Origin: an uncultured Chloroflexia bacterium | GTDB taxonomy: Bacteria; Chloroflexota; Limnocylindria; Limnocylindrales; CSP1-4 | Direction of reading: 5' to 3' | DNA length: 64,000 nucleotides | Assembly: GCA_963819655.1 (NCBI GenBank) | Contig: CAWFXA010000003.1 | Span: 896,001-960,000 of the forward strand | Shown here: positions 28,166 through 39,569 of the stretch, one piece after another | How the letters are laid out: the number at the start of each line of letters is the position of its first letter | Numbering within the stretch: position 1 is the first letter of the stretch | Notes under the pieces: generated by a model | Seen by the model: only the letters and a program-made list of their open reading frames with translations | What the model was told of the DNA's origin: nothing | Database searches by the model: none | Translations under genes and position numbers: made by a program

Positions 28166-29059
28166 ATGCGGATCGGCGTGACGCTCCCCCTGTCCGACGG
28201 TGACACGTCCGATGGGCACGCGCCCACCTTCCAGGAGACGAGCGCCTTCGCCCGACATGCCGAGGCGGCCGCTCTCGATTCCATCTGGGTCTTCGACCAC
28301 CTGCTGTTCCGCTATCCCGGCCGACCGGACGAGGGCATCCGCGAGGCGTGGACGTCGCTCGCGGCGCTCGCCCCGGTCGTGCCGCGCGTCGAGCTCGGCT
28401 CGCTCGTGATGTGCTCGTCATTCCGGAACCCGGCGTTGATGGCGAAGATGGCGGCGACCCTGGACGACCTGTCGGGCGGCCGCGTGATCCTCGGCCTCGG
28501 GTCGGGCTGGCACGACCCGGAATACGAGGCGTTCGGGTACCCGCTCGACCACCGCGTCGGACGGTTCGCCGAGGACCTCGAGATCGCCGCGCGCCTGCTG
28601 CGCGGCGAGACGGTCAGCGTGGCGGGGCGGTGGCGCACGATGACCGGCGCCGCCCTCGTCCCACCGCCGTCACGGACCGTCCCGATCCTCGTCGCGGCCG
28701 AAGGCCCGCGCATGCTGGCGTTGACCGCGGCCTGGGCGGACGCCTGGAACGCTGCGTGGTTCGGCGCGGTGGACGGCCGGATGCGGTCGCTGCTCGCGAG
28801 CCTGGATGCCGCGTGCGCGGAGATCGGTCGCGACCCTGCGACGCTCAGGCGAACGGTCGGCATCCGACTGCACGACCCGGGCGAGGGCCACGGCGATCGC
28901 ACGGGCCTGGCTGTCGATGCCGATGGCCTGGCCGGCCTCTTCGACGACCTCGCGGCAGTCGGCATCGACGACGCGATCGTCTGGTCGCTCTCGAAATCTG
29001 CGGCGGCGCTCGACCGGATCGCGGATGCCCGGCGCCTGCACCTGGGCGAGGCCGGGTGA
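28166..29059 (+). CDS. LLM-class (likely F420-dependent) oxidoreductase
   Basis: DSIWVFDH, RNPALMAK...LDDLSGGR.ILGLGSGW, GPRML. Confidence 0.88.
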   Translation: MRIGVTLPLSDGDTSDGHAPTFQETSAFARHAEAAALDSIWVFDHLLFRYPGRPDEGIREAWTSLAALAPVVPRVELGSLVMCSSFRNPALMAKMAATLDDLSGGRVILGLGSGWHDPEYEAFGYPLDHRVGRFAEDLEIAARLLRGETVSVAGRWRTMTGAALVPPPSRTVPILVAAEGPRMLALTAAWADAWNAAWFGAVDGRMRSLLASLDAACAEIGRDPATLRRTVGIRLHDPGEGHGDRTGLAVDADGLAGLFDDLAAVGIDDAIVWSLSKSAAALDRIADARRLHLGEAG

Positions 29060-29087
29060 GGGCGCGCCGCTCGGCTACGATGCGTCG

Positions 29088-30266
29088 GTGAAGCTGCAGG
29101 AGGCCGACGCCAAGACCCTTCTCGTCGCCCAGGGTCTGCCGGTCCCGGACTGGGCCGTGGCGTACACCCCCGCTGAGGCTCGAGCTGCAGCCGACCGCTT
29201 CCTGTCTCAGGGCTCGGCGAACGTGGTGATCAAGGCCCAGGTCCTGGTCGGCGGGCGGGGCAAGGCGGGTGGGGTCAAGCTCGCCGGTTCGCCTGAGGAG
29301 GCGGCGGCTGTCGCCGACCAGATCCTCGGCATGGACATCAAGGGGATGACGGTCCGCAAGGTCCTCGTCGGACCGGCGGCGGACATCGTCAAGGAGTTCT
29401 ACCTGGCGGCGCTCGTCGATCGGGCCGAGCGCCGGATCCTTCTCATGGGCTCGGCCGAGGGTGGGGTCGAGATCGAACACGTGGCTGAGACGAACCCGGA
29501 GGCCATCGTCCGACGCCACGCCAATCCGCAGCTCGGCCTGCTCGACTTCCAGGCGCGTGAGCTGGCTTTCGCGATGGGCCTCGGTGGTCAGCTCAAGGCG
29601 GCCGTCGCGATAGCCAAGGGTCTGGTCCGGACGATGACGGCCTACGACGCCGACCTCGTCGAGATCAATCCCCTGGCCATCGTCCGCGAGCCGGGCATAC
29701 AACCAGGTGAGGCCCCGGTCGAGCGCCTCGTCTGCCTCGACGCGAAGGTGACGATCGACGATTCGGCCATCGCGCGCCATCCGGGCCTCGAAGACCTGCG
29801 CGACCCCGACGAGGAGGCGCCCGAGGACCGCGAGGCACGCGAGGCCGGGCTGACGTTCATCAAGCTCGACGGGACGATCGGCTGCATGGTGAACGGCGCC
29901 GGCCTCGCCATGACGACGATGGACCTCGTCAAGCGAGCGGGCGGCGAGCCGGCGAACTTCCTCGACATCGGCGGTGGCGCACGACACGAGAAGGTCGCCC
30001 ACGCGATGCGGCTGATCCTGTCCGACCCGAAGGTCGTCGCGATCCTCGTCAACATCTTCGGTGGGATCACCCGTGGCGACGAGGTCGCCCGGGGCCTGAT
30101 CGAGGCCCGCGCCCAACAGACACGCGAGGTGCCGATGGTCGTGCGGATCGTCGGGACGAATGCGGCGGAGGCAGCCGCCCTGCTCGAGGAGGCGCGCTTC
30201 CAGACGGCTGCCACGCTCGACGATGCCGCGGCCAAGGCGGTCGCGGCCTCGCGCGGCTCCGCGTGA
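29088..30266 (+). CDS. sucC: Succinyl-CoA synthetase beta subunit
   Basis: [44 protein letters not shown]. Confidence 0.97.
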   Translation: MKLQEADAKTLLVAQGLPVPDWAVAYTPAEARAAADRFLSQGSANVVIKAQVLVGGRGKAGGVKLAGSPEEAAAVADQILGMDIKGMTVRKVLVGPAADIVKEFYLAALVDRAERRILLMGSAEGGVEIEHVAETNPEAIVRRHANPQLGLLDFQARELAFAMGLGGQLKAAVAIAKGLVRTMTAYDADLVEINPLAIVREPGIQPGEAPVERLVCLDAKVTIDDSAIARHPGLEDLRDPDEEAPEDREAREAGLTFIKLDGTIGCMVNGAGLAMTTMDLVKRAGGEPANFLDIGGGARHEKVAHAMRLILSDPKVVAILVNIFGGITRGDEVARGLIEARAQQTREVPMVVRIVGTNAAEAAALLEEARFQTAATLDDAAAKAVAASRGSA

Positions 30267-31150
30267 GCGTCCTCGTCGGGCGCGAGACCCGCCTCGTCGT
30301 CCAGGGCATCACGGGGCGCGAGGGCGAGTTCCATGCGCGGGCCTGCCAGGCTTATGGCACCCAGGTTGTCGCCGGCGTCACGCCCGGCAAGGGCGGCCAG
30401 GTCGCGCTCGACGGCACGGTCCCGGTGTTCGACACCGTCGTCGAAGCTATCCGCGAGACGGGCGCGGACACGTCACTGATCTTCGTTCCCGCGGCTGGGG
30501 CACCGGACGCGGTCATGGAGGCCGCGGTGGCCGGCATCGACACGATCTTCTGCATCACCGAGGGCATCCCGGCGCTCGACATGATTCCCGCGGTCGAGCT
30601 GGTCCGCAGCCATGGCGCCCGCCTGATCGGACCGAACTGTCCCGGCGCCACGTCACCGGGCCGGGCCAAGGTGGGCATCATCCCGGGCTCGATCCACCGC
30701 GAGGGCCGGGTCGGGGTGGTGAGCCGCTCGGGCACGCTGACGTACGAAGCGGTCCAGGCGATGACGGATGCCGGGCTCGGCCAGTCGACCTGCGTCGGGA
30801 TCGGCGGTGACCCCATCATCGGGACGACCTTCCTGGATGCGCTCCAGCTGTTCGCCGCCGACGATGAGACAGACGCGATCGTGCTGATCGGCGAGATCGG
30901 CGGAGCGGCGGAGGAGACGGCCGCCGCGTGGGCCGGCGAACACCTCCGGGATGTCCCGAAGGCGGCGTTCATCGCCGGCCAGACCGCCCCGGAGGGGAAG
31001 CGCATGGGCCATGCCGGCGCGATCATATCGGGTGGCGCGGGCACGGCGGCATCGAAGATGGCGGCGCTCGAAGCGGCTGGGTTCCGGGTCGCGGGATCCC
31101 CGACCGAGCTGCCCGCGCTTCTGCGCGACGCCGGGTACCGGGGCGCGTGA
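30263..31150 (+). CDS. sucD: Succinyl-CoA synthetase alpha subunit
   Basis: [32 protein letters not shown]. Confidence 0.97.
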   Translation: MSVLVGRETRLVVQGITGREGEFHARACQAYGTQVVAGVTPGKGGQVALDGTVPVFDTVVEAIRETGADTSLIFVPAAGAPDAVMEAAVAGIDTIFCITEGIPALDMIPAVELVRSHGARLIGPNCPGATSPGRAKVGIIPGSIHREGRVGVVSRSGTLTYEAVQAMTDAGLGQSTCVGIGGDPIIGTTFLDALQLFAADDETDAIVLIGEIGGAAEETAAAWAGEHLRDVPKAAFIAGQTAPEGKRMGHAGAIISGGAGTAASKMAALEAAGFRVAGSPTELPALLRDAGYRGA

Positions 31151-31151
31151 C

Positions 31152-31619
31152 GTGGCGACGCGCATGGAGCTCGTCGCCGGGCCCGCCGAGGAGATCCTGA
31201 TCGCCGTCGGCACCGGCGACCGCGCCAGCTTCGACGACCGCGGCCGGTTCCCCGCCTACCTCTCGCTGAGCGGCGGGATGGACCCGACGTGGCTCGACCT
31301 CTTCGCGGAGGCGGCCCGCTCCGCCACCGATCGCGATGTGCCACCGGACCTCATCGACGCTCGCATCGAGCTCGGCCCGGCAGACGATCGCGCGCTGACC
31401 GTCGAGCGGGTCGATCCGGGCTGGATCTCCGCTGTGGCTGCCGTCCCTGACGCTGTCCTCGACGCGCTGGCGGGGCGCTGGATCGACCGTCTCGAGGAGG
31501 AGTTCGGCGACCTGCCGCGCGACGAGAAACCGTGGATCCGCGAGCTGGCCGGCCGGGTCGTGGCGTTCTGCCGGGATGCCGACCAGGCGCCAGACGTCGT
31601 CTTCGTGTGGGGGCTGTGA
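31152..31619 (+). CDS. Hypothetical protein
   Basis: Fills the gap between sucD and the methyltransferase with 1-nt spacings; coding-like codon usage. Confidence 0.65.
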   Translation: MATRMELVAGPAEEILIAVGTGDRASFDDRGRFPAYLSLSGGMDPTWLDLFAEAARSATDRDVPPDLIDARIELGPADDRALTVERVDPGWISAVAAVPDAVLDALAGRWIDRLEEEFGDLPRDEKPWIRELAGRVVAFCRDADQAPDVVFVWGL

Positions 31620-31620
31620 G

Positions 31621-32463
31621 ATGAGCGAACGGAAAGACCTCGAGGCTTCCTTCGCCTCGAACCAGCGCCTATGGGACGCGTGGACGAAGGTGCACGCCGA
31701 GGGCGAGTTCTACGACGTGGCCGGCTTCCGCGAGGGTGGCGTGCGCGTCCGGCCATACGAGATCGCGGCGATCGGCGACGTCACGGGCAAGAGCCTTCTC
31801 CACCTGCAGTGCCATTTCGGCCTCGACACGCTGTCGTGGGCTCGGCTGGGCGCACAAGTCACCGGGGTCGACTTCTCCTCGGCCTCGATCGGGCTCGCCC
31901 GCGAGCTCGCCGCGGACCTTGGCATCGCGGACGCGCGTTTCATCGAGTCGAATATCTACCAGCTGCCCATGCGGCTCGGGGACGAGTTCGACATCGTCTA
32001 CACATCGCGCGGGGTCCTGGGCTGGCTGCCCGACATCCGCGGCTGGGCGCGAGTCGTGGCGCGCTTCGTCAAGCCCGGCGGGCTGTTCTACATCTCGGAG
32101 GTCCATCCGGTCCTCCAGGTGTTCGAGAACGAGGGCGTCACGCCACGCGAGCTGCGGCTGCAGTACCCCTACTGGGAGCACGGGGATCCGCTGATCTTCG
32201 ATGTCCACGGGTCATACGCCGACCGCGCGGCCGACCTCGGCACCGAGCACAAGGAACACGGCTGGGATCACGGGCTGGGCGAGATCGTCACGGCGTTGAT
32301 CGACGCCGGGTTGCGCATCGACCGGCTGGACGAACAACCGTTCCTCGAGTGGCCGGCGGACTTCCTCGTCGAGAGCGAGCCCGGCAGCGGCATCTACGTC
32401 CTGCCCGAAGGCCCGGGCGAGCTGCCGCTGATGTTCTCGATCTTGGCCTCCAAACCTGCGTAG
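31621..32463 (+). CDS. Class I SAM-dependent methyltransferase
   Basis: LLHLQCHFGLDTLSWA, FDIVYTS.GVL.WLPD, KPGG. Confidence 0.9.
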   Translation: MSERKDLEASFASNQRLWDAWTKVHAEGEFYDVAGFREGGVRVRPYEIAAIGDVTGKSLLHLQCHFGLDTLSWARLGAQVTGVDFSSASIGLARELAADLGIADARFIESNIYQLPMRLGDEFDIVYTSRGVLGWLPDIRGWARVVARFVKPGGLFYISEVHPVLQVFENEGVTPRELRLQYPYWEHGDPLIFDVHGSYADRAADLGTEHKEHGWDHGLGEIVTALIDAGLRIDRLDEQPFLEWPADFLVESEPGSGIYVLPEGPGELPLMFSILASKPA

Positions 32464-32490
32464 GGGCGACGAGGGTCATCGCGCCCGCTG

Positions 32491-32754
32491 TTGACCGTCG
32501 GTCAATGTTCTCGACCCGAAGACCGTCCCGGCGAACCTCCGACGCGATCCTCGCTGACCGTCGGTCAACGTTCAAGGCCCGAGGACGACACCAGCGGTCC
32601 CTCGACGCATCGTCGCTGACCGTCGGTCAACGTTCAAGGCCCGAGGACGACACCAGCGGTCCCTCGACGCATCGTCGCTGACCGTCGGTCAACGACGCGA
32701 CACCCTAGCGGCGATCCGCGGTCCCTGCGACGCCAAACGTTGACCGTTGGTCAC
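32491..32754. repeat. Array of five palindromes YTGACCGTYGGTCAM at 62-63 bp period
   Basis: Copies at 32491, 32554, 32616, 32678, 32740; units 2 and 3 are identical 62-mers. Confidence 0.92.
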
Positions 32755-32828
32755 CACGGGAGCCCGCCTGTCACCGCGTCAGGGGCGCTGACGCCGCCCG
32801 AGGCCGAAAGCAGCGAGCCGCGCCGGCG

Positions 32829-33149
32829 TTATCCCAGGCGGACCGCCGTGCCCGACGCGGTGACCATCAGCATCGAGCCTCCTTGGCCGACGGTCTCGTA
32901 GTCGAGGTCGACACCCACCACGGCGTCGGCGCCGAGAGCCGAGGCAGCCACCGTCATCTCCTCGATCGCGATCGTGCGAGCCTTCACGAGCTCCTGCTCG
33001 TACGCGCCCGACCGGCCACCGACGATGTCACGGATCCCGGCGAACAGGTCCTTGAAGATGTTCGCCCCGAGGATCGCTTCGCCCGCCACGAGCCCGCGGT
33101 ACTCGGCGATCGTGCGGCCTTCCAGGGTCGGCGTGGTGGAGATGATCAT
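32829..33149 (-). CDS. ybjQ: YbjQ/UPF0145 heavy-metal-binding family protein
   Basis: [44 protein letters not shown]. Confidence 0.93.
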   Translation of the reverse strand: MIISTTPTLEGRTIAEYRGLVAGEAILGANIFKDLFAGIRDIVGGRSGAYEQELVKARTIAIEEMTVAASALGADAVVGVDLDYETVGQGGSMLMVTASGTAVRLG

Positions 33150-33223
33150 GTCGCGTCAGTCCTCCGGTCGATGTCGGCGTCGATCGACCGAGGATAGCCG
33201 AGCCGCGTGGGACCGGCCTCCGG

Positions 33224-34126
33224 TCAGGCTCCGTCGCCGAACCCGAGGGACGTCCAGGCAGGCCCACCGGGCCCCTCGATCAGCTCCACGAGCACCCCGT
33301 GGCACGACCGCGGGTGGATGAATGCGACGGGACCCTCGGCACCCCGTCGCGGCACCGTGTCGATCAGCTCGAGCCCGTCCAGCTCGAGGCGGATCAGCGC
33401 TTCCGCAAGGTTCGGGACCTCGAAGCACATGTGGTGGAAACCCTCGCCTTTCGATGCGAGGAACCGCGCGACGCCGGTGGTCTCGTCGGTCGGCTGGACG
33501 AGCTCGACCTTCGATTCTCCGACGCCGAGGAAGGCGATGCGGACTCTGTCGGATGGGATGTCCATGACTGTCTCGAGCTCGAGGCCGAGCATGTCGCGCC
33601 ATAGGCCGAGCGCGTCCTCGATCGACTGGACGATCAGTGCGACGTGATGGATCTTGCCGAGCCGGCGGATCGAGGGCGGGACCTCGGACATCGGAGAGAC
33701 CTCCTGGTTCGACGTGCCGATGACGGCGACGAGCGGCGCGTCACCCGCCCGCGATCTCGCCGCGGCTGCGGCCGTGACGATCGCCCGGAATGTGCCCGCG
33801 TCCGCAGCGTCGAGCCGGCCCGGGTCGGTCCACGCGATGAGGATGCCGCCGGACATCGACGGCTCCGGGCGTGCGAGCAACTCCTCCAGGGCATCCCAGT
33901 CGCGACCGGCCCAGCCGGGGAAGGCCATCTCGCTCGCGAGCGTCTCCAGCAGCCGGCGTTTGGTGCTCGGGCCGGCCAGGTGGACGAATCTGGCGCCATG
34001 CTCGTTCGCGACGCCGGCGAGGGCCGCCGCGTCGACCGTCCCAGGGGCGTCGATGACCCCGCCGCCACCCTCCGGGGCGAGGCGAGCCTGGAGGTCGGCG
34101 AGCGACGAATGATCCACCGAACCCAC
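33224..34126 (-). CDS. mce: Barstar-like domain fused in frame to methylmalonyl-CoA epimerase (internal start 33691)
   Basis: FPGWAGRDWDALEELL (barstar-like); IHHVAL, KVELVQP, FL..KGEGFHH.CFEV, AFIHP...GVLVEL (epimerase). Confidence 0.85.
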   Translation of the reverse strand: MGSVDHSSLADLQARLAPEGGGGVIDAPGTVDAAALAGVANEHGARFVHLAGPSTKRRLLETLASEMAFPGWAGRDWDALEELLARPEPSMSGGILIAWTDPGRLDAADAGTFRAIVTAAAAARSRAGDAPLVAVIGTSNQEVSPMSEVPPSIRRLGKIHHVALIVQSIEDALGLWRDMLGLELETVMDIPSDRVRIAFLGVGESKVELVQPTDETTGVARFLASKGEGFHHMCFEVPNLAEALIRLELDGLELIDTVPRRGAEGPVAFIHPRSCHGVLVELIEGPGGPAWTSLGFGDGA

Positions 34127-35824
34127 TCAGACCGTGATGAGTTCGCGATGCTCGCCCCAGGTCACCCGGAGGCGGTCGCTGATCTCACCGACCGTCGCAT
34201 ACGCGCGGACGGCCTCGAGGATCGGTGGCATGAGGTTGCCGTCGGCGCGCGCGACCCGCTCGAGCTCGTCCATGACGGCGGCCCACCTCTCGGCCGAGCG
34301 CTCGGCCCGGACCGTCCGGACGCGCTCGACCTGTCGCCGCTCCCCCTCCGGATCGATCCGCTGAGTGGGTGGCGTGGCGGGCTCGTCGTCAGTGAAGCGA
34401 TTGACGCCGACGACGACCTGGTCGCCGGTGTCGATGGCCAGCTGGACCCGGTATGCCGCTTCCTGGATCTCGCGCTGCTGGAAGCCTCGCTCGATCGCCG
34501 CGAGCGTGCCGCCCATCGACTCGATCTCGTCGAGGTAGGACCAGGCTGCCGCCTCGAGCTCGTTCGTGAGGCTCTCGACGTAGTAGGAGCCGGCCAACGG
34601 GTCCGGGGTCTCGGTGACACCGGCCTCGTACGCCAGGATCTGCTGGGTTCGCAGGGCCAGGCGGGCGGCCTCCTCGGTCGGTAGGGCGAGGGCCTCGTCC
34701 CGGGAGTTCGTGTGCAGGCTCTGGGCGCCGCCGAGTACCGCCGAGAGGGCCTGGATCGTGGTGCGCACGACGTTGTTGTCGATCGACTGTGCCGTCAGTG
34801 ACGACCCGGCCGTCTGGACGTGGAACCGGCACATCATCGACCGCGGGTTGGTCGCCCCGAAACGCTCCTTCATGATCGTCGCCCACATCCGCCGCGCCAC
34901 CCGGAACTTGGCGACCTCCTCGAACAGCTCCGACCAGGCGGCGAAGAAGAACGACAGTCGCCCCGCGAAGTCGTCGACGTCGAGTCCCCGCTCGACTGCT
35001 GCCTCGACATAGGCGATCGCGTCGGCCAGCGTGAAGGCGAGCTCCTGGGCCGCGGTCGCGCCGGCCTCCCGCATGTGGTAGCCCGAGATCGAGATGGTGT
35101 TCCACTTCGGCAGGTCGCGGGCGCAGAACTCGAAGACATCGGTGACCAGCCGCATCGAGGGGCGCGGCGGGAAGATGTACGTGCCGCGGGCGATGTATTC
35201 CTTGAGGATGTCGTTCTGGGTCGTCCCGCTGATGCTCGCGCGCTCGACGCCTTGCGCCTCGGCCGCCGCGACGTAAAGAGCGAGCAGGATCGGCGCCGTG
35301 GCGTTGATGGTCATCGAGGTGCTGACGGCGCCCAGCGGCAGCCCATCGAGGAGGACCGCCATGTCGGCCAGGCTGCTGATCGGCACGCCGACCCGGCCGA
35401 CCTCGCCTTCGGCCGCCGGGGCGTCCGAGTCGTAGCCCATCTGGGTGGGAAGGTCGAAGGCGACCGACAGGCCGGTCTGACCGTGGTCGAGCAGGTAGCG
35501 GAAACGCCGGTTGGTCTCCTCCGCCGTCGCGAACCCGGCGTACTGCCGCATCGTCCAGAACCGGCTGCGGTACATGGTCGGCTGGACGCCCCGGGTGAAC
35601 GGGAACGCGCCTGGGCGCCCGAGGTCGCGGTCCTCGTCGAGGTCGCCGACGTCCGCTGGCGTGTACAGGTCGCGGATCTCGATGCCGGACGACGTGGCGA
35701 ACCGATCGCGTCGCTCGGCGGCCGACGCGACGGCCTTGGCCCGAAGGGTGGCGCGCCACCGCTCGCGGGCTGGGTCGTTGCCCTCGCCCCCCTGTCGCCG
35801 CCGGCGATCCGTGGCGTCGGTCAT
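34127..35824 (-). CDS. mcmA: Methylmalonyl-CoA mutase, substrate-binding subunit
   Basis: FPFTRG...MYR...[43 protein letters not shown]; no B12-binding domain. Confidence 0.94.
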   Translation of the reverse strand: MTDATDRRRRQGGEGNDPARERWRATLRAKAVASAAERRDRFATSSGIEIRDLYTPADVGDLDEDRDLGRPGAFPFTRGVQPTMYRSRFWTMRQYAGFATAEETNRRFRYLLDHGQTGLSVAFDLPTQMGYDSDAPAAEGEVGRVGVPISSLADMAVLLDGLPLGAVSTSMTINATAPILLALYVAAAEAQGVERASISGTTQNDILKEYIARGTYIFPPRPSMRLVTDVFEFCARDLPKWNTISISGYHMREAGATAAQELAFTLADAIAYVEAAVERGLDVDDFAGRLSFFFAAWSELFEEVAKFRVARRMWATIMKERFGATNPRSMMCRFHVQTAGSSLTAQSIDNNVVRTTIQALSAVLGGAQSLHTNSRDEALALPTEEAARLALRTQQILAYEAGVTETPDPLAGSYYVESLTNELEAAAWSYLDEIESMGGTLAAIERGFQQREIQEAAYRVQLAIDTGDQVVVGVNRFTDDEPATPPTQRIDPEGERRQVERVRTVRAERSAERWAAVMDELERVARADGNLMPPILEAVRAYATVGEISDRLRVTWGEHRELITV

Positions 35825-35828
35825 GGCC

Positions 35829-36314
35829 TCACTCTAGGACGACGAGGACGTCGCCGAGCTCGACCGTCGCGCCGGCGGTCGCGGGGATCCTCGCGACCGT
35901 GCCCGACCGTGGCGCGCGCAGCTCGTTCTGCATCTTCATCGCCTCCACGGCCAGCAACGTCTGGCCGGCCTCGACGCGATCGCCCGGATTGACGGCGACC
36001 GATGCGACCCTGCCCGGGATGATGGCACGGATCTCGAGGGGTCCACCAGCCCCGGCGACAGCGCCGCGGACCTTCGATGCCCGCTCCCGGAGGACGGCTC
36101 GTGTCTCGTCCTCGACGGCCATCTCGAACCGCCAGCCGTCCACGATGACCTCGATCCTCCGTTGCCCATCGCCGTCGAGAGCTCCGACCCGCCCGAGGTG
36201 GATGTGGTGGCGCCCCGGGACCGCGGTACCGGCCGCGACCATGTGGCGCGTCCCATCAGGCTGGGCGGTGGCGGGTGACTCGGTCACCCGAACCGCGCGG
36301 TCCGCGCTCGTCAT
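35829..36314 (-). CDS. Biotin carboxyl carrier protein
   Basis: EAMKMQNE biotinylation motif. Confidence 0.92.
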   Translation of the reverse strand: MTSADRAVRVTESPATAQPDGTRHMVAAGTAVPGRHHIHLGRVGALDGDGQRRIEVIVDGWRFEMAVEDETRAVLRERASKVRGAVAGAGGPLEIRAIIPGRVASVAVNPGDRVEAGQTLLAVEAMKMQNELRAPRSGTVARIPATAGATVELGDVLVVLE

Positions 36315-37921
36315 CGCGGCCAGCGTTCGGTGGCTGCCTGGCGACCCGCGCGTCGCCACCCGGACTCAGCCGGTGCCCGATCGTCTTTGCGCAAAGACGC
36401 CGCCTCCGTTCGGTGGGCGGGATCGGACGCGCTCGCGGCCGCGGTGATCGCCGCCACCGCCGTGACGCGTGCCCGGTCCACCGGGCCGTCCCAGCGCTCC
36501 CCCACCCAATCGGTCGACAGCGTGGATCCGGTCTCGTCGCCGAAAGCTGGGTCGCGGACGAGCGCCCGGTGGAACGGCAGCGTCGTCTGGATGCCACTGA
36601 CGACGACCTCGTCAAGGGCCCGCCGCATCCGCCGGAGCGCGGCGCCCCGGTCGCGTCCGACGGTCATGATCTTGGCGATCAGCGGGTCATAGTCGGGCGG
36701 GACGCGGTCACCCGGACGGATGGCCGTGTCGACCCGGACACCTGGGCCGGAGGGCATGATCCATGCGCCGATGCGGCCGGGGACGGGCGCGAATCCGCGC
36801 GCCGGATCCTCGGCCGCCAACCGCACCTCGACGGCGTGCCGGCGGGGCGTGGCCGCCATCACCGCCACCTCGCGGACGGCGTCGGACAGCGGCTCGCCTC
36901 CCGCCAGCCACAGCTGCTCGGCGACGAGGTCGAGGTCGGTGACGAGCTCCGTCACGCCGTGCTCGACCTGGAGTCGCGCGTTGACCTCGAGAAACCAGAA
37001 GCGCCGGTCCGGGTCGAAGAGGAACTCCGCGGTCGCCGCGTTGTGGAGGCCGGCGGCGCGAGCCGCCCGGACCGCCATCGCGTGCAGCTCGGCTCGCTCA
37101 TCCGCCGACAGGCCGGGCGCCGGTGTCTCCTCGACAAGCTTCTGGTGCCGTCGCTGGACGGAGCAATCCCGCTCGCCCAGGGCGACGACATCGCCCAGCT
37201 CGTCACCGAGCAGCTGGACCTCGATGTGTCGCGCCGGTCGGATCTCATGCTCGAGGTATACGGATCCGTCCCCGAACGCCGCCAGTGCCTCGGCTGCGCC
37301 TGCGGCCACCGCGGCCGGCAGGTCGGTCGGCGTCTCGACGCGGCGCATGCCTCGTCCGCCCCCGCCCGCTGCCGCCTTGACGAACAACGGAAAGCCGATC
37401 CCCTCCGCGGCCGCGACGACGCCCTGGATCTGATCCGCACGGTCGATCGGCAGCAGTTCGAATGACCCGGGCACGACCGGCACGCCGGCCGCCATCACCG
37501 TCCGCCGGGCGACGAGCTTGTCGCCCAGCGCCTCGATCGCGCTGGCGCGCGGACCGATGAAGACGAGCCCGGCATCGGTCACGGCTCGGGCGAACGACGC
37601 GCGCTCCGACAGGAAGCCGTAGCCCGGATGGATGGCTTCGGCCCCGGTCGCGAGTGCCGCCTCGATGATCGCGTCGCCGCGGAGATAGCTCTCCCCGGCC
37701 GGGGCCGGGCCAAGACGCACCGCCGCGTCCGCAGCCCCGACGTGGGCCGCATCGACATCCGCGTCGGAGTAGACGACGACCGTCTCGATGCCGAGCTCGC
37801 GACACGTCCGAATGATGCGCACGGCGATCTCGCCGCGGTTCGCGACTAGGACCCGGTCGAACGGTCGCGTCCGGCCGTCCTTGCGCAAAGACGCGGCCCC
37901 CGGCCGGGCGACGCTCGTCAC
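36311..37921 (-). CDS. accC: Biotin carboxylase subunit of acyl-CoA carboxylase
   Basis: [53 protein letters not shown]. Confidence 0.94.
   Translation of the reverse strand: MTSVARPGAASLRKDGRTRPFDRVLVANRGEIAVRIIRTCRELGIETVVVYSDADVDAAHVGAADAAVRLGPAPAGESYLRGDAIIEAALATGAEAIHPGYGFLSERASFARAVTDAGLVFIGPRASAIEALGDKLVARRTVMAAGVPVVPGSFELLPIDRADQIQGVVAAAEGIGFPLFVKAAAGGGGRGMRRVETPTDLPAAVAAGAAEALAAFGDGSVYLEHEIRPARHIEVQLLGDELGDVVALGERDCSVQRRHQKLVEETPAPGLSADERAELHAMAVRAARAAGLHNAATAEFLFDPDRRFWFLEVNARLQVEHGVTELVTDLDLVAEQLWLAGGEPLSDAVREVAVMAATPRRHAVEVRLAAEDPARGFAPVPGRIGAWIMPSGPGVRVDTAIRPGDRVPPDYDPLIAKIMTVGRDRGAALRRMRRALDEVVVSGIQTTLPFHRALVRDPAFGDETGSTLSTDWVGERWDGPVDRARVTAVAAITAAASASDPAHRTEAASLRKDDRAPAESGWRRAGRQAATERWPR
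36382..36399. other. Perfect palindrome CGTCTTTGCGCAAAGACG (putative non-canonical parS)
   Basis: 18-bp perfect inverted repeat; one of four related copies around parAB. Confidence 0.7.
37876..37893. other. Palindrome CGTCCTTGCGCAAAGACG (putative non-canonical parS)
   Basis: One mismatch to the 36382 copy. Confidence 0.7.
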
Positions 37922-39462
37922 AGCGGGATGTTGCCGTGCTTTTTCGGTGGGTTCGTGTCCCGCTTGTCGGCGAGCATCTCCAATGCCTTGATCAGACGCG
38001 GCCGCGTCTCGGATGGCCGGATGACGTCGTCGACGTAGCCCCGCGCGGCCGCGACATACGGATTGGCGAACCGCTCCTCGTAGTCGGCGACCAGCTGAGA
38101 CCGCGCCGCCTCCGGGTCGGCCGCGGCGGCGATGTCGTCCCGGTTGAGGATGTTGACCGCGCCCTCCGCACCCATCACAGCGATCTCCGCCGTCGGCCAC
38201 GCCAGGTTGATGTCGCCGCGGACGTGTTTGCTCGACATGACGTCATAGGCCCCGCCGTACGCCTTTCGCGTGATGACGGTCAGCTTGGGGACCGTCGCCT
38301 CGCAATACGCATAGAGCAGCTTCGCGCCGTGACGGATGATCCCGCCATGCTCCTGTCCGACGCCGGGCAGGAAGCCAGGGACGTCCACCAGCGTCAGCAG
38401 CGGGACGTTGAAGCAGTCACAGGTACGGACGAAGCGGGCCGCCTTCGTCGATGCGTCGATATCGAGTGCGCCTGCGAGGACCGCGGGCTGCTGCGCGACG
38501 ATCCCGACGCTTCGGCCGGCGAGCCTCGCGAACCCTGTGATGATGTTCGGCGCCCAGCCCGGCTGGATCTCGAGGAACGCGCTGTCGTCGACGATCCGCT
38601 CGATGACCCCATGCATGTCGTACGGCTTCGACGCATCGTCTGGGACGATCGAGTCCAGCGCGGAATCCATCCGGTCCGTCGGATCGGACGTCTCGACCCG
38701 CGGCGCATCGCCGAGGTTGTTCTGCGGCAGGAATCCGAGGAGACGTCGCGCCGAGGCGAGAGCGTCCGCCTCGTCGCGCGCGGCGAGATGCGCCACTCCG
38801 CTCCGGGTCGTATGCGTCGTCGCGCCGCCCAGCGTCTCGGCGTCGACATCCTCGTGGGTGACGGCCTTCACGACACTGGGCCCGGTGACGAACATGTAGC
38901 TCGTTCCGTCGACCATGATCGTGAAGTCGGTGATCGCCGGCGAGTACACCGCGCCACCGGCGCACGGCCCCAGGACGAGGGACAGTTGAGGCACGACCCC
39001 GGACGCAAGGGTGTTGCGCAGGAAGATGTCCGCGTAGCCGCCGAGCGAGACGACCCCCTCCTGGATCCGTGCCCCGCCGGAGTCGTTCAGGCCGACGATC
39101 GGTGCCCCGACTTTCATCGCAAGGTCCATGACCTTACAGATCTTTTCGGCATAGGCCTCGGACAGGGATCCACCGAAGACGGTGAAGTCCTGGCTGAAGA
39201 CGAACACCAGCCGACCGTCGATCGTGCCATGGCCGGTGACGACACCATCGCCGAGGAACGCCGTTTCGGCCTCCGGGTTCCGATTCGTGACGAATGCATC
39301 GAGCTCGACGAACGAATCTGCGTCAAGCAAGAGGTCGAGTCGCTCGCGCGCGGTCAGTTTTCCGCGTTCGTGCTGTTGATCGATACGGTCCTGGCCGCCT
39401 CCCAGTCGCGCCTCCGCGCGCATCGCCTCAAGACGCGCCAATCGCTGTTCATTCGTCGACAC
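37918..39462 (-). CDS. pccB: Propionyl-CoA carboxylase carboxyltransferase subunit
   Basis: [53 protein letters not shown]; GGAGG RBS. Confidence 0.94.
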   Translation of the reverse strand: MSTNEQRLARLEAMRAEARLGGGQDRIDQQHERGKLTARERLDLLLDADSFVELDAFVTNRNPEAETAFLGDGVVTGHGTIDGRLVFVFSQDFTVFGGSLSEAYAEKICKVMDLAMKVGAPIVGLNDSGGARIQEGVVSLGGYADIFLRNTLASGVVPQLSLVLGPCAGGAVYSPAITDFTIMVDGTSYMFVTGPSVVKAVTHEDVDAETLGGATTHTTRSGVAHLAARDEADALASARRLLGFLPQNNLGDAPRVETSDPTDRMDSALDSIVPDDASKPYDMHGVIERIVDDSAFLEIQPGWAPNIITGFARLAGRSVGIVAQQPAVLAGALDIDASTKAARFVRTCDCFNVPLLTLVDVPGFLPGVGQEHGGIIRHGAKLLYAYCEATVPKLTVITRKAYGGAYDVMSSKHVRGDINLAWPTAEIAVMGAEGAVNILNRDDIAAAADPEAARSQLVADYEERFANPYVAAARGYVDDVIRPSETRPRLIKALEMLADKRDTNPPKKHGNIPL

Positions 39463-39487
39463 CAGTCGGACCTCCGCGAAAATGGCG

Positions 39488-39505
39488 TGTCTTTGCACAC
39501 GGACA
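39488..39505. other. Degenerate palindrome TGTCTTTGCACACGGACA (putative parS variant)
   Basis: Two mismatches to the reverse complement of the parB-internal copy; lies in the pccB-parA intergenic region. Confidence 0.55.
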
Positions 39506-39526
39506 TGGGCCATCATACGGTCACAG

Positions 39527-39569
39527 TTATCCACGGAAATGGTGAACAACTCGCGCCGCGTGTGGATAA
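39527..39569. promoter_or_regulatory. DnaA boxes
   Basis: TTATCCACG (39527, 8/9), GGTGAACAA (39541, weak), TGTGGATAA (39561, perfect). Confidence 0.7.

Noticed and set aside
32491-32754. CRISPR array
   Set aside because: The repeat core is only ~15-18 bp, the linkers are homologous (two identical) rather than unique spacers, and no cas genes or leader are present
36382-39505. The palindromes as operators of a propionate or biotin regulator
   Set aside because: Disfavoured, not excluded: the best copies lie inside coding regions, including parB, and only the weakest copy is in a promoter
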